The notes beneath the pieces were generated by a model that saw only the letters and a list, made by a program, of their open reading frames with translations, made no database searches and was not told the DNA's origin. DNA of 64,000 nucleotides from Bacilli bacterium (GTDB lineage: Bacteria; Bacillota_I; Bacilli_A; RFN20; CAG-826): NCBI GenBank assembly GCA_034176765.1, contig JAXFTN010000131.1, positions 942 through 64,941 of the forward strand, read 5' to 3'. How positions within the stretch are numbered: the first letter of the stretch is position 1; each line of letters begins with the position of its first letter. The position numbers and the translations under genes are program-made. Shown one piece after another: positions 9,389-19,456 of this stretch.

Positions 9389-10060
9389 ATGAAAGAAATT
9401 ATAGTTGCACCATCGCTTTTAGCATGTAAAAGAGAAGAAGCACCACATCAAGTTGCATTAATGCAACAATATGGAGCAAAATGGCTTCATTTTGATGTAA
9501 TGGATGGAATTTTTGTTCCAAATACTTCTTTTGCTTCCGATTATATTTATGAAATTAAAAAGTTTCATCATTTATTATTAGATGTTCATTTAATGGTCGA
9601 TAATCCACTTGATTATATTGACGAATATAAAGAAGCAGGAGCTAGTTATTTAACTTTTCATTATGAAAGTTTTTATGATGATGGCCAAAGATATGAAATG
9701 ATTAAAAGAATAAAAAAAGCAGGAATGAAAGCTGGTATGTCTATTAAACCAAATACTCCTGCAAGTGTATTATTTGATTTTTTGGAAGATTTAGATCTTG
9801 TTTTAATAATGTCAGTTGAACCTGGAAAAGGTGGTCAATCTTTTATAGAAACAAGTACTAAAAAGATTTTAAAAATAGCTAAGGAAAGAGAGCATATTAA
9901 TAATAAAAATCTTTTAATATCTGTTGATGGAGGAATTAATAATATTACTGGTGAATATTGTAAAGAAGCAGGAGCCGATGTTTTAGTAGCTGGCTCATAT
10001 TTATTCCATCAAGATAATATTGGAGAACGCATTAATAGATTGAAAGGTCGTATTAAATAA
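9389..10060 (+). CDS. rpe: Ribulose-phosphate 3-epimerase
   Basis: LHFDVMDGIFVPN and SVDGGIN motifs are present. Length is 223 aa. Confidence 0.9.
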   Translation: MKEIIVAPSLLACKREEAPHQVALMQQYGAKWLHFDVMDGIFVPNTSFASDYIYEIKKFHHLLLDVHLMVDNPLDYIDEYKEAGASYLTFHYESFYDDGQRYEMIKRIKKAGMKAGMSIKPNTPASVLFDFLEDLDLVLIMSVEPGKGGQSFIETSTKKILKIAKEREHINNKNLLISVDGGINNITGEYCKEAGADVLVAGSYLFHQDNIGERINRLKGRIK

Positions 10061-10695
10061 TGAATTTTACTTTTATTATTTGGGGGAGTGCAGTTTTATT
10101 AAGCTTCATCCTTTTGATAATTTTTGGATGCTTTTTATATAGGTTAGCTACTAAAAAGAAATATTCAATACTTTCTTTTTTTCCATTTGAAATTTTTCAA
10201 TATAAAAATGGTAATCTAAATATTATTCTACAAATTCTTTGTATTATATTCTGTGCTACTTATGGAATTTTTAATATTAACGTTTTTACTACATATTTTG
10301 GCACTTTCTTTAAAATAGAAATAGTATTTGTTTCTTTTATTACGATATTAACAATATGTATTTTTTACCTTCGAATTGGTAGTGATAAAGTTCATATTAT
10401 TGCATCTACATTCTTCTTAGTATTTTCAGCTATGAATTCGTTTTATTTATCCTATATTTTGTTTATAACAAATTATATTCTTGTATATAAAGCATTAAAT
10501 TACATAATCTTTGGTATAGCAATCATTAAGTTAGGTTTGATATTAAATCCGAAGATGAAAACATGTTTCAAACTCTATAAAGATGAAGATGGTGATTTAT
10601 ATAGACCAAAAGTGTTTTATTTAGCTTTTAGCGAATGGGCTATATTAATACTAAATATTGTTGAAGTTATTTTAATTGCTACAGGACTTAAGTAA
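10060..10695 (+). CDS. Hypothetical polytopic membrane protein
   Basis: ATG overlaps the rpe stop. About 6 predicted helices. No recognisable motif. Confidence 0.4.
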   Translation: MNFTFIIWGSAVLLSFILLIIFGCFLYRLATKKKYSILSFFPFEIFQYKNGNLNIILQILCIIFCATYGIFNINVFTTYFGTFFKIEIVFVSFITILTICIFYLRIGSDKVHIIASTFFLVFSAMNSFYLSYILFITNYILVYKALNYIIFGIAIIKLGLILNPKMKTCFKLYKDEDGDLYRPKVFYLAFSEWAILILNIVEVILIATGLK

Positions 10696-10701
10696 TAAAA
10701 A

Positions 10702-10736
10702 AATCATCTCATTACGAGATGATTTTTTAGTCTTCT
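10702..10736. terminator. Bidirectional rho-independent terminator (serves the + membrane-protein gene and the - strand rpmB)
   Basis: Hairpin ATCATCTC-attacg-AGATGAT flanked by A-run/T-run. Confidence 0.6.
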
Positions 10737-10921
10737 TTTGACATTTTATTAAGGGTTCTGTAGGCACGTGCAGACATACGAACTGTTTTAACTTGTCCGT
10801 CAACCATTACCTTATATGGTTGAAGATTAACGTTCCATTTACGACGTGTAGCTCTTAATGAGTGGGAACGATTGTTTCCGCTTAATGGGCCTTTACCTGT
10901 AACTGGGCAAACTCTTGACAT
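10727..10921 (-). CDS. rpmB: 50S ribosomal protein L28
   Basis: MSRVCPVTGKGPLSGNNRSHSLRATRRKWNVNLQ is the canonical L28 sequence. Confidence 0.92.
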   Translation of the reverse strand: MSRVCPVTGKGPLSGNNRSHSLRATRRKWNVNLQPYKVMVDGQVKTVRMSARAYRTLNKMSKED

Positions 10922-11062
10922 AATTCTTAACCTCCCTTAATTTTAACGATTCTTCATTGTGTAAATTTACTTACACACGCTTTATGATAATAACATTTAG
11001 CAGTTTTTTTTGCAATAAATATTTATATTTTTTTAATTTTTTTAGAAAAAAACATCGTTTTA

Positions 11063-11530
11063 TCACTTTATAAAACCGTTTTTTATCATTTCTTCTTTAG
11101 AGATAGTATTCTTACAATATTTTATTAAACAATCAAATAAAACATTTTTTCGATCTTTTGTAAGATAGATTGTTTGTCCTGTAGTTAAGAAAACAGCGAT
11201 ATAATTCTTCTTTTTATCATTAGCTGAATTTTCATCAATATATAAAATATCTTTGTACAATAGATTTACAACTCCATTTGGTTTTCTTACTTTTAAGCAA
11301 TCTGATGTAAACTCTATAGATGTTTTCTTAAGTGATACTCCATAGAAAAAAATAGCTGGTATATTTAAGACTAGATAGAAAACAATATGATATATAATTG
11401 AAGTTTTATCCATGCCATTTAATTTTGGTTGTATAAATGCCAAAAAATAGATTATATCAACTCCAATTAATGAAAATGTAAGTATAAGTGTGTTTCTTAA
11501 ATGATTAGGTTTTAAGACCATTTTGTTCAC
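11063..11530 (-). CDS. Hypothetical membrane protein (two N-terminal helices plus a soluble YdbS/PH-like domain)
   Basis: Hydrophobicity pattern only. No catalytic motifs. Confidence 0.35.
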   Translation of the reverse strand: MNKMVLKPNHLRNTLILTFSLIGVDIIYFLAFIQPKLNGMDKTSIIYHIVFYLVLNIPAIFFYGVSLKKTSIEFTSDCLKVRKPNGVVNLLYKDILYIDENSANDKKKNYIAVFLTTGQTIYLTKDRKNVLFDCLIKYCKNTISKEEMIKNGFIK

Positions 11531-11629
11531 CTCTTTTTTATTTTAGCATATTTGGAAAATAATAAAAAAATATTAATAAATATATATTCTTATGATATAA
11601 TTAAAAAATGACTTAAGGAGGAAAAAATT

Positions 11630-13057
11630 TTGAAATTATTTGATTATATTCCACAAAACTTTTTCTCTATTCTCTCTAGTAAAAATAAAGATATTTATGC
11701 TATTGCTTTAATAGTGCTTCATAAATCTCTTCAAACTGAGGAAATGTCAATTAAAAAAGAAGATTACATTAGAGTTTTAAAAGAAAAAGCTAATGATATC
11801 ATAAATAATTTGGATGTTGATAGTGAAGAAGAAGTAGATGATGATACCAAAGAATCTTTAGTAAATATATCTTCTAAAGTTGCTTTTATTGTTAGAAGAC
11901 TTGAAGAAACTGGATGGATCGAAACAGAATTAAGAACTGATACTTTTGATGAATACATAATTTTACCTACTTATTCAATTCAAATGTTAAATGTATTATA
12001 CAATTTTGTTTCTGATCAAGAAACTGCATATAATTCTCTTGTTCACTCAACATATATTGACTTGAAATTTGAAGATGATGAACCTGATGAATTTATGTAT
12101 GCTACATTAGTAAGAGTTTACGAGAATACAAAAAATTTAAAAGTTGAACTTATTACATTAGGGCATCAAATTAGGATGTATCAAAATCGTCTAAGTAAAT
12201 TCTTTACAACAAACGATATTTTACATGACCATTTTGATGAATATAAAGTTCGTATTTCAGATAAATTATATCACCCATTAAAAACTTTTGATTCTGTTAC
12301 TAAATTCAAAAGACCAATAATTAATATTTTACAAAAGTGGTTGCGTAGCGAAGAAATTCGTAGCCGTATTGTTATGCAAGCAGTTGCATATGGTCGAAGC
12401 AAATCTAAAGAAGAAGTTGAAGCTGATATTATTGAAAAGATAAATTATATTTGTGATATGTATGAACAAATTAATTTAATGGTATCTGATATTGATGCAA
12501 AGCATTCAGAATATACAAAATCATCAGCAACAAAAATTATTTATCTAAATAATTCAGATAAATCAATTAAAGGTCATTTAGAGACGATCTTTAAAGCTTA
12601 TGCAAAAGCAAATAATGACGGAAAAGGTCTTGCTAATATTTTATCTAATATGCAACAAAGCATAAACGTAACAAATCAAGGTTTCATTGATCCTGATTCA
12701 TTAACTTTACCTCTTGTTAGAAATAGTCGCGTAGATTATGAACCTATGAAAATTATAAATACTTCAGAAGAAGCTGGAGATTATATGATGGATATTTTCT
12801 TAAGGGAAGCTCAATCTTCTTACACTGATGAGATGATTTATGAATTTATGCAACGTGCTTTCCAAGGTGAAGAAGAAGTGTTAATTAGTGATATCCCACT
12901 TCCAAGTTTTGATGCCTTTGTATTATTAATTCTTGGCACACTTAAAAAAGACGATGAAAAATGTTTCTATGAAGTTATCCAAGAAGAAGGTAAACTTCAT
13001 TCACAAGGTTATGTCCTACCAAATATAAAATTTAAGAGAAAGGAAGTATTAAATTAA
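11630..13057 (+). CDS. jetA: JetA-like protein (DUF3375; MksF/kleisin-like subunit of a Wadjet/MksBEF-type SMC complex)
   Basis: TTG start 8 nt after AAGGAGG. A TGaTATAAT extended -10 is upstream. It is the first gene of a three-gene operon ending in an SMC-like ATPase. Size of 475 aa and acidic helical composition are typical of JetA. Confidence 0.6.
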   Translation: MKLFDYIPQNFFSILSSKNKDIYAIALIVLHKSLQTEEMSIKKEDYIRVLKEKANDIINNLDVDSEEEVDDDTKESLVNISSKVAFIVRRLEETGWIETELRTDTFDEYIILPTYSIQMLNVLYNFVSDQETAYNSLVHSTYIDLKFEDDEPDEFMYATLVRVYENTKNLKVELITLGHQIRMYQNRLSKFFTTNDILHDHFDEYKVRISDKLYHPLKTFDSVTKFKRPIINILQKWLRSEEIRSRIVMQAVAYGRSKSKEEVEADIIEKINYICDMYEQINLMVSDIDAKHSEYTKSSATKIIYLNNSDKSIKGHLETIFKAYAKANNDGKGLANILSNMQQSINVTNQGFIDPDSLTLPLVRNSRVDYEPMKIINTSEEAGDYMMDIFLREAQSSYTDEMIYEFMQRAFQGEEEVLISDIPLPSFDAFVLLILGTLKKDDEKCFYEVIQEEGKLHSQGYVLPNIKFKRKEVLN

Positions 13058-13058
13058 T

Positions 13059-13691
13059 ATGTTTGAAGAAGAAATTGTAAAACTTTCAAATCAAGAACAA
13101 AAACAATTTGCTCAAGTTGTAAACAATTTATTATCCCAATCATATATAGTTCGTGAATATTACGATAGCCGTGAAAAAATGATCAAAATGAGTAATGACT
13201 ATCGTTTCATTGAAAGATATTATGAAGTATTTGAAGAATATCTTAAATATTCAGGTTGGACATTGGATAAAGATACGGCAACTGGTGTTATCGCTATTCG
13301 TAATGATTTTGATCAAAATCGTTTAAAAGTTGATAGAGAAACTTCTTTGGTTTTATTTACATTAAGATTTATTTATGAAAATGAAAATTCAAAAAACAAT
13401 GCAGCTAATCTAGGTGTTGGAAAAAATGTTTACTTAACAACACCTGAATTAATGAAATTTATGGTTGAGTATGGAATAACAATGCAAGGCAAAAAATTAA
13501 CAGGTCGTGGTTTAGGCCGTTGTTTACGTTTTGCTAACCAACACAATATTATTTCTAAAGTTAGTGGTACATTTGATGAAGGTAATGTCACTTTCTATAT
13601 TTTACCTTCAATTGCATTTGCTGTTGATAGTCAAAAGATAGCTGCAATGAGTGATGCTTTAGAAAAGTTAAGAGCAATGGAGGGCGAGTAA
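13059..13691 (+). CDS. jetB: JetB-like protein (DUF4194; MksE-like)
   Basis: Length is 210 aa. It is coupled by 1-2 nt spacing to jetA and jetC. Position and size match JetB/MksE. Confidence 0.6.
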   Translation: MFEEEIVKLSNQEQKQFAQVVNNLLSQSYIVREYYDSREKMIKMSNDYRFIERYYEVFEEYLKYSGWTLDKDTATGVIAIRNDFDQNRLKVDRETSLVLFTLRFIYENENSKNNAANLGVGKNVYLTTPELMKFMVEYGITMQGKKLTGRGLGRCLRFANQHNIISKVSGTFDEGNVTFYILPSIAFAVDSQKIAAMSDALEKLRAMEGE

Positions 13692-13692
13692 T

Positions 13693-16600
13693 ATGAAATC
13701 ATTAAAGAAAATGAAATTAATTAACTGGCACTATTTCTGGAATCAAACTATTGAATTCCAACCACTTGTTTTCTTAACAGGTTTAAATGGTTCTGGTAAA
13801 TCTACACTTATTGATGCTATGCAAGTTTTATTACTTGGTGATACATCAGGAAGGTTCTTCAATAAAGCTGCAACAGAAAAATCATCACGTACACTTAAAG
13901 GATATTTAAAATGTGAATTAGGTGATGCTGAAGATGGTGGCTTTAGATATTTAAGAAACGGTCGTTTTACTTCATATATTGCTATGGAGTTTTATGATGA
14001 TGTTAATAAATCATCATTTACATTTGGTATTGTTTTCGATGTTTTTCCAGATGGTGGAGTTGATCATCGCTTTTTCTGTTTAGATGATAAAATACCTGAA
14101 AATGAATTTATCGTTGATGATACACCACTTGATTTTAAACAATTAAGTGCATATTTTGCTGAAAATTATCCAAGTAAATTTAAATTCTTGGATTCAAATA
14201 AACAATATCAAGAATTATTAAAGAGACGTTTTGGTGGGTTAAAAGAAAAATATTTCTCTTTATTTAAGAAGGCTGTTTCTTTTACTCCTATTACTGACAT
14301 TGAGACTTTTATTACTGAATATATATGTGATTCACAAGCAAACATTAACATTAGTTCTATGCAAGAAAATATTCTTCAATATAAAAAACTACAAAATGAA
14401 GCTAATGTAATGGCTAATCGTATTCAAAGATTAACTGAAATTTCTAATGCGTATATTCAACATCAACAACAAAAAGAATCAGAAACATTATTTTCTTATA
14501 TTGTTGAAAAAGCCGATTATGAAAATGATTTAGCACGTATTAAAACATATAAAGTTGCTATTGAAGATGCTCAAAAAAGACTTCGTGATATTGAAAGTGA
14601 TTTAGTATATAATGATGACCAAATCAAAATATTAACAAGAAAAAAAGAACAATTAATATCGGATAAACTAAATAACGATACCTATAAATTAACTGACGAT
14701 TTATGGGAAGAAAAGAAAAAGTATGAAGAATCTTTAGCACGTATTGAAAAAGATAAAAATGTTACAATTGAAAACTTAAATAAGTATGCTACTTCATATC
14801 TTGAAACAGCTCAATTAATTTCATCAACATTATCAACTTTTGATTTAACTTTAATCGAAAAAGAACATCTTGATGATATTAATAAATTAATAGAATTATC
14901 TAGTGAAGTTATTGAAAAATGTTTAGAATTCAAGAATGTATATCTTGTTAATATTGAATCTTTAACTTCATTTGCACTAAATGAGTGGAGACAATTATTA
15001 GAAAGCTTTAAACAAACTATTTCTGGTTTTAATTTTAATTTATCCAAAATCGTTGCAGCTACTGAACAAAAAGCAGCTGTATTAAGACAACAAGAAGTTG
15101 ATATGCGTAATGGTGGTAAATCATATGAACGTGGATTAGTTTATTTACGTAATGAATTAATGTCTGAATTATCTAGAAGATATAATAAGAAAATTGATGT
15201 TTATATTTATGCTGATTTAGTTGACATTAATGATGAAAAATGGGGTAAAGCTATTGAAGGCTTCTTATACAATCAAAAATTCAATTTATTTGTTGATCCA
15301 CTTTATTATGCTGAAGCTCATGATATTTTAAAGAACTTGATGCGTTCATGTAATTATTATCATACAAGTTTAGTCGACCAACAAAAAGTTATCGAAAGAA
15401 ATTTTATCTGTGAATCAGGCTCTTTAGCAGAAGAAATTATTACTGATCATCAAGGAGCTAGAGCATATACTAATTTCTTATTAGGACGATTAATTAAATG
15501 TGATACTGTTAAACAAGCACGTAACTCTGGAAATGGTATTACAATGGACTGTGATTTATATAGAAACTTTACATTGTCTGTAATTCAACCACAACTTTAT
15601 CAAACTGCATATATTGGTAGAAGAGTTGGCGAAGAACAAATTTTAGCTAAACATAAAGCAGTTGAAGACTGCCGTAAATTATGTGATTCTTATCGTAGTT
15701 TGCACGATATCATTTCTGAAGCTAATGAACTTGAAGTTATTAATACATATGAAGTTAATAATTCGATGGCATTGATTGAAAATGCTTCAAATATTAAAGC
15801 TATTAAAGAAAACTTGAAGTTTATTGAAGACGAATTAAATAAACATGATTTAACTCAAATTCAATCATATGAACAACGTATTAGCGATATTACAGAAGAT
15901 CTTGAACAATTAGCAAAAGAAAAAGAAGATTTGTTAATTGAAAAAGGTAATTTGATTTCTCAAATAAAGAATTATCAAGAAGAGAAATTACCAAAAGAAC
16001 AATGTGCAGCTAATGAACGTTTAGAACGTTTAGAAAATATGTATGATGGTTTCTTTATTGATGAAATCGGTAATGTTGAATATCAAAAATTAGTCGATCA
16101 AGGTAAGACTACTATTGAAATTGTTACTGAAACTAAAGTCAACTTATCTAAAGCTCAATATTTAGCTAATTCTTCTAAATCAGCTGTCATTAGATTACGT
16201 AAAGATTATATTAAAGATTATCGTCTTTCATATGATGTTGATTCTGATGACAATGATGTTTACGATAATGAGCTAAATGAAATGAGAGATATTAAGTTAC
16301 CTCAATATCAATTAGCAATTGATGACGCATATAATAAAGCAACAAAACAATTTAAAGATGACTTTATTAATAAGTTAAGAACAGCAATTGAAACTGTTGA
16401 ATCACAAATTGATGAATTGAATGTTGCTTTAGCATCTTCTACATTTGGTAATGATTCTTATCGCTTCTTAGTAAGACCTTCAGTTGAATATCGTAAATAT
16501 TACGATATGATTAAAGATGATTTATTACTACAAGTTGGTGAAGATGATTCTGCTTTTGTCGAAAAATATAAAGATGTCATGGATGATTTATTTAGACAAA

Positions 16601-17073
16601 TAGTTGATGTAGGTGGACATGATGAAAGACAAAGTGCAATTATTGCAAATGTTGAAAAATTCACCGATTATCGTTCTTATCTTGATTTTGATATTGTTGT
16701 TACTAATAAAGATGGTATCGAACAACACTTATCAAAAACAATTAAGAAAAAATCTGGTGGTGAAACACAAACTCCTTTCTATATTGCTGTTCTAGCATCT
16801 TTTGCTCAATTATATAGAGTAAATGAGCCTGGAGAATTAGGTAATTCATTTAGACTAATTATCTTTGATGAAGCATTCTCTAAAATGGATAGAGGACGTA
16901 TTAAAGAATCAATTAGATTGTTATCAAAATTCGGATTACAAGTTATATTATCAGCCCCATCTGATAAGGTTGGAGATATCTCTGAGCTTGTAGATGAAAC
17001 TCTAGTTGTATTACACGATAAGTCTTCTTCAAGTGTCCGTTTATATGCTGAAGAAAAGAAATTATTAAACTAA
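13693..17073 (+). CDS. jetC: JetC-like SMC-family ATPase (MksB-like)
   Basis: N-terminal LINWHYFWNQTIEF...LTGLNGSGKSTLIDA (Walker A). There is a long central coiled-coil region. C-terminal ABC signature SGGETQ and Walker B LIIFDEAFSKMD are present. Length is 1126 aa. Confidence 0.78.
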   Translation: MKSLKKMKLINWHYFWNQTIEFQPLVFLTGLNGSGKSTLIDAMQVLLLGDTSGRFFNKAATEKSSRTLKGYLKCELGDAEDGGFRYLRNGRFTSYIAMEFYDDVNKSSFTFGIVFDVFPDGGVDHRFFCLDDKIPENEFIVDDTPLDFKQLSAYFAENYPSKFKFLDSNKQYQELLKRRFGGLKEKYFSLFKKAVSFTPITDIETFITEYICDSQANINISSMQENILQYKKLQNEANVMANRIQRLTEISNAYIQHQQQKESETLFSYIVEKADYENDLARIKTYKVAIEDAQKRLRDIESDLVYNDDQIKILTRKKEQLISDKLNNDTYKLTDDLWEEKKKYEESLARIEKDKNVTIENLNKYATSYLETAQLISSTLSTFDLTLIEKEHLDDINKLIELSSEVIEKCLEFKNVYLVNIESLTSFALNEWRQLLESFKQTISGFNFNLSKIVAATEQKAAVLRQQEVDMRNGGKSYERGLVYLRNELMSELSRRYNKKIDVYIYADLVDINDEKWGKAIEGFLYNQKFNLFVDPLYYAEAHDILKNLMRSCNYYHTSLVDQQKVIERNFICESGSLAEEIITDHQGARAYTNFLLGRLIKCDTVKQARNSGNGITMDCDLYRNFTLSVIQPQLYQTAYIGRRVGEEQILAKHKAVEDCRKLCDSYRSLHDIISEANELEVINTYEVNNSMALIENASNIKAIKENLKFIEDELNKHDLTQIQSYEQRISDITEDLEQLAKEKEDLLIEKGNLISQIKNYQEEKLPKEQCAANERLERLENMYDGFFIDEIGNVEYQKLVDQGKTTIEIVTETKVNLSKAQYLANSSKSAVIRLRKDYIKDYRLSYDVDSDDNDVYDNELNEMRDIKLPQYQLAIDDAYNKATKQFKDDFINKLRTAIETVESQIDELNVALASSTFGNDSYRFLVRPSVEYRKYYDMIKDDLLLQVGEDDSAFVEKYKDVMDDLFRQIVDVGGHDERQSAIIANVEKFTDYRSYLDFDIVVTNKDGIEQHLSKTIKKKSGGETQTPFYIAVLASFAQLYRVNEPGELGNSFRLIIFDEAFSKMDRGRIKESIRLLSKFGLQVILSAPSDKVGDISELVDETLVVLHDKSSSSVRLYAEEKKLLN

Positions 17074-17085
17074 ATCAAGAAAATA

Positions 17086-17112
17086 ATGTTCGGAGCAATC
17101 CGAACATTTTTT
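17086..17112 (+). terminator. Rho-independent terminator after jetC
   Basis: Hairpin TGTTCGGAGCAATCCGAACA followed by a T7 run. Confidence 0.7.
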
Positions 17113-17213
17113 TGCATTATTTTTTTCGAATTTTTCGATGAATTATTTACTTTATGTACAAAATTTGAGAAAATAAGATGAACGAAGTAACTCACAATAA
17201 TAGGAGGATAAAA

Positions 17214-18329
17214 ATGAAAAATGAGATTGTTGCTATGCTTTTAGCTGGTGGAAAAGGAACTCGACTTGAATCATTAACAAAAAAGGTTGCTAAACCAGCT
17301 GTTAGCTATGGTGGTAAATATAGAATTATTGATTTTCCACTTTCAAATTGTGCAAATTCAGGCATTAATATAGTTGGTGTTTTAACTCAATATGAATCAG
17401 TTGATTTAAATAATTATTTGGGTGATGGTAAGAAATGGGGACTTGATGGTGTTCGTTCATTAATTTCACTTTTACCTGCTCGTCAGACTGAAACTGGAAT
17501 GAACTGGTATGCTGGTACAGCTGATGCTATATATCAAAATTTAGATTTTTTAGATAGTCAGGATCCTGAATATGTCTTGATTTTATCAGGCGATCATATC
17601 TATAAAATGAATTATGAAAAAATGCTTCAATATCATAAAAAGATGAATGCTGATGCTACTATTGCTGTTTTAAATGTTGACATAGAAGAAGCAAGTAGAT
17701 TTGGTATTATGAATGTTAATGATGACATGTCTATTTATGAATTCGAAGAAAAACCAAAACACCCTAAATCAACACTTGCATCAATGGGCATCTATATTTT
17801 CACATATTCTACTTTAAGAAAAGCTCTTGTAAAAGATGCTTCAAATGAAGCTTCATCTCATGATTTTGGAAAAGATATTATCCCTTATTTATTAAGTAAA
17901 AAGAAAAAGTTAATGGCTTATAAGTTTGAAGGATATTGGCGCGATGTTGGAACTATTCAATCTTTATGGCAAGCTAATATGGATCTATTAGGTAGTACTC
18001 AAGATGTAGGTATTTATAGTGATACAATGAAGATTTATTCAGAAGATACAAACTCAGTTCCACAATTTGTTGGTAAGATGGCTGATATTAAAGATTCATT
18101 GATTAATCAAGGAGCTATCGTTCTTGGAAAGGTATACCATAGTGTTGTTTTTAATGAAACAATTATTGGCAAAAAGTCTATGGTTGTTGATTCTGTAATT
18201 ATGCCTGGAGCAAAAATAGGTGAAAATTGTTGTATTAATAAAGCAATTATTCCAAATGACTGTGTAATTCCTGATAATACGGATGTTAATGTTAAATCTA
18301 ACACTGTCATTTTATATAAGGGTAAATAG
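17214..18329 (+). CDS. glgC: Glucose-1-phosphate adenylyltransferase
   Basis: RBS AGGAGGA is present. N-terminus [14 protein letters not shown]...[15 protein letters not shown]-terminal left-handed beta-helix region. Confidence 0.9.
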   Translation: MKNEIVAMLLAGGKGTRLESLTKKVAKPAVSYGGKYRIIDFPLSNCANSGINIVGVLTQYESVDLNNYLGDGKKWGLDGVRSLISLLPARQTETGMNWYAGTADAIYQNLDFLDSQDPEYVLILSGDHIYKMNYEKMLQYHKKMNADATIAVLNVDIEEASRFGIMNVNDDMSIYEFEEKPKHPKSTLASMGIYIFTYSTLRKALVKDASNEASSHDFGKDIIPYLLSKKKKLMAYKFEGYWRDVGTIQSLWQANMDLLGSTQDVGIYSDTMKIYSEDTNSVPQFVGKMADIKDSLINQGAIVLGKVYHSVVFNETIIGKKSMVVDSVIMPGAKIGENCCINKAIIPNDCVIPDNTDVNVKSNTVILYKGK

Positions 18330-18340
18330 GGGGTATATGT

Positions 18341-19453
18341 ATGAGACGTGTAATCGGATTTTGTAATTTACATAATTCACCTTCACTTGGTGAACTAACA
18401 AAAAATCGTACTCTTGCTTCTACTTCATTTTTAGGAAGATTTGCTTTTATTGACTTCACACTTTCTAACTTTTCAAATTCTGGAGTCGATGAAATTGGTA
18501 TTTTATGTCAAGATCATGTACGTTCATTGACTAAACATTTAGGATTCCAAAATTCTTGGAATATCAATACAAAGATTGGTTCCAATATTGTTATGTATAA
18601 TGAAGAAAAATTTAATAATCCTCGTTATAATAATGACTTGAATAATATTAGAACAAATGACTGGTTTTTAATTAAATCAAATGCAGAGTTTGTAGTAATT
18701 GCTCCTGTACATTTCTTATGTACTATTGACTATAGTAAGGTTATTGATGAACATATTAAATCGGGAGCAGATGTTACTGTAGTTTATAAACGTATTGATT
18801 ATGCTAAAGAAGCAGCTATTGGTGTTAAAGCTCTTGAAGTTGATGACGATAAAAAAGTAATAAATATCTATGAAAATCGTGGCGCAAATAATGTTGCTAA
18901 TATATCACTCGAAAGTTATGTAATGACTAAAGATTATTTAAGAAAGATTCTTAAAGAATCATTGGAAATTTCATCTGTTTTTAGTTTGACTGATTATTTA
19001 TCGCATTGCATTAATTCTATTAATTTGAAAGGCTATGAATATACAGGATTTGTTAGATGTGTTGATAGTCTTGAAAAATATCTTGATGTATCGCTTGAAA
19101 TGTTTTCTTATGATAAGCGTAAAGAATTATTTAAAGAAGGATGGCCAATATATACTGTAACTCACGATACACCTCCAACTAGATATGGTAGCAATGCAAA
19201 AGTTAGTAATTCTATTGTTGCTAACGGTGCTATTATTGATGGAACAGTTGAAAATTCTATTATTTCACGTTCAGTAGTTGTCTCATCTGGTGCAAAGGTT
19301 ACTAACTCTATCATTTTAACTGAAACATATATTTCTAATGATACAGTTTTAGATTATTGTATTGTTGATAAATATTCACGTATATTATGTGTTAAGGAAT
19401 TAAAGGGTAAGAAAAATAACCCTATATATGTCAAGCAAGGAGATATTATTTAG
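18341..19453 (+). CDS. glgD: Glycogen biosynthesis protein GlgD (regulatory GlgC paralog)
   Basis: GlgC-like fold lacking the catalytic GGxGxRL loop. Immediately downstream of glgC, as in Firmicutes glgCDA operons. Confidence 0.8.
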   Translation: MRRVIGFCNLHNSPSLGELTKNRTLASTSFLGRFAFIDFTLSNFSNSGVDEIGILCQDHVRSLTKHLGFQNSWNINTKIGSNIVMYNEEKFNNPRYNNDLNNIRTNDWFLIKSNAEFVVIAPVHFLCTIDYSKVIDEHIKSGADVTVVYKRIDYAKEAAIGVKALEVDDDKKVINIYENRGANNVANISLESYVMTKDYLRKILKESLEISSVFSLTDYLSHCINSINLKGYEYTGFVRCVDSLEKYLDVSLEMFSYDKRKELFKEGWPIYTVTHDTPPTRYGSNAKVSNSIVANGAIIDGTVENSIISRSVVVSSGAKVTNSIILTETYISNDTVLDYCIVDKYSRILCVKELKGKKNNPIYVKQGDII

Positions 19454-19456
19454 TTT

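Noticed and set aside
14811-16795. Short ORFs (78 aa minus strand, 60 aa plus strand) nested in jetC.
   Set aside because: They lie within or antisense to the SMC-like coding frame and have no independent signals.
11063-17177. Looked for a JetD/MksG (Toprim/DUF2220, ~350-450 aa) gene flanking jetABC on either strand.
   Set aside because: Upstream is a 155-aa membrane protein on the opposite strand. Downstream is a terminator and then glgC. No candidate ORF exists, so the absence is reported as a finding rather than a feature.
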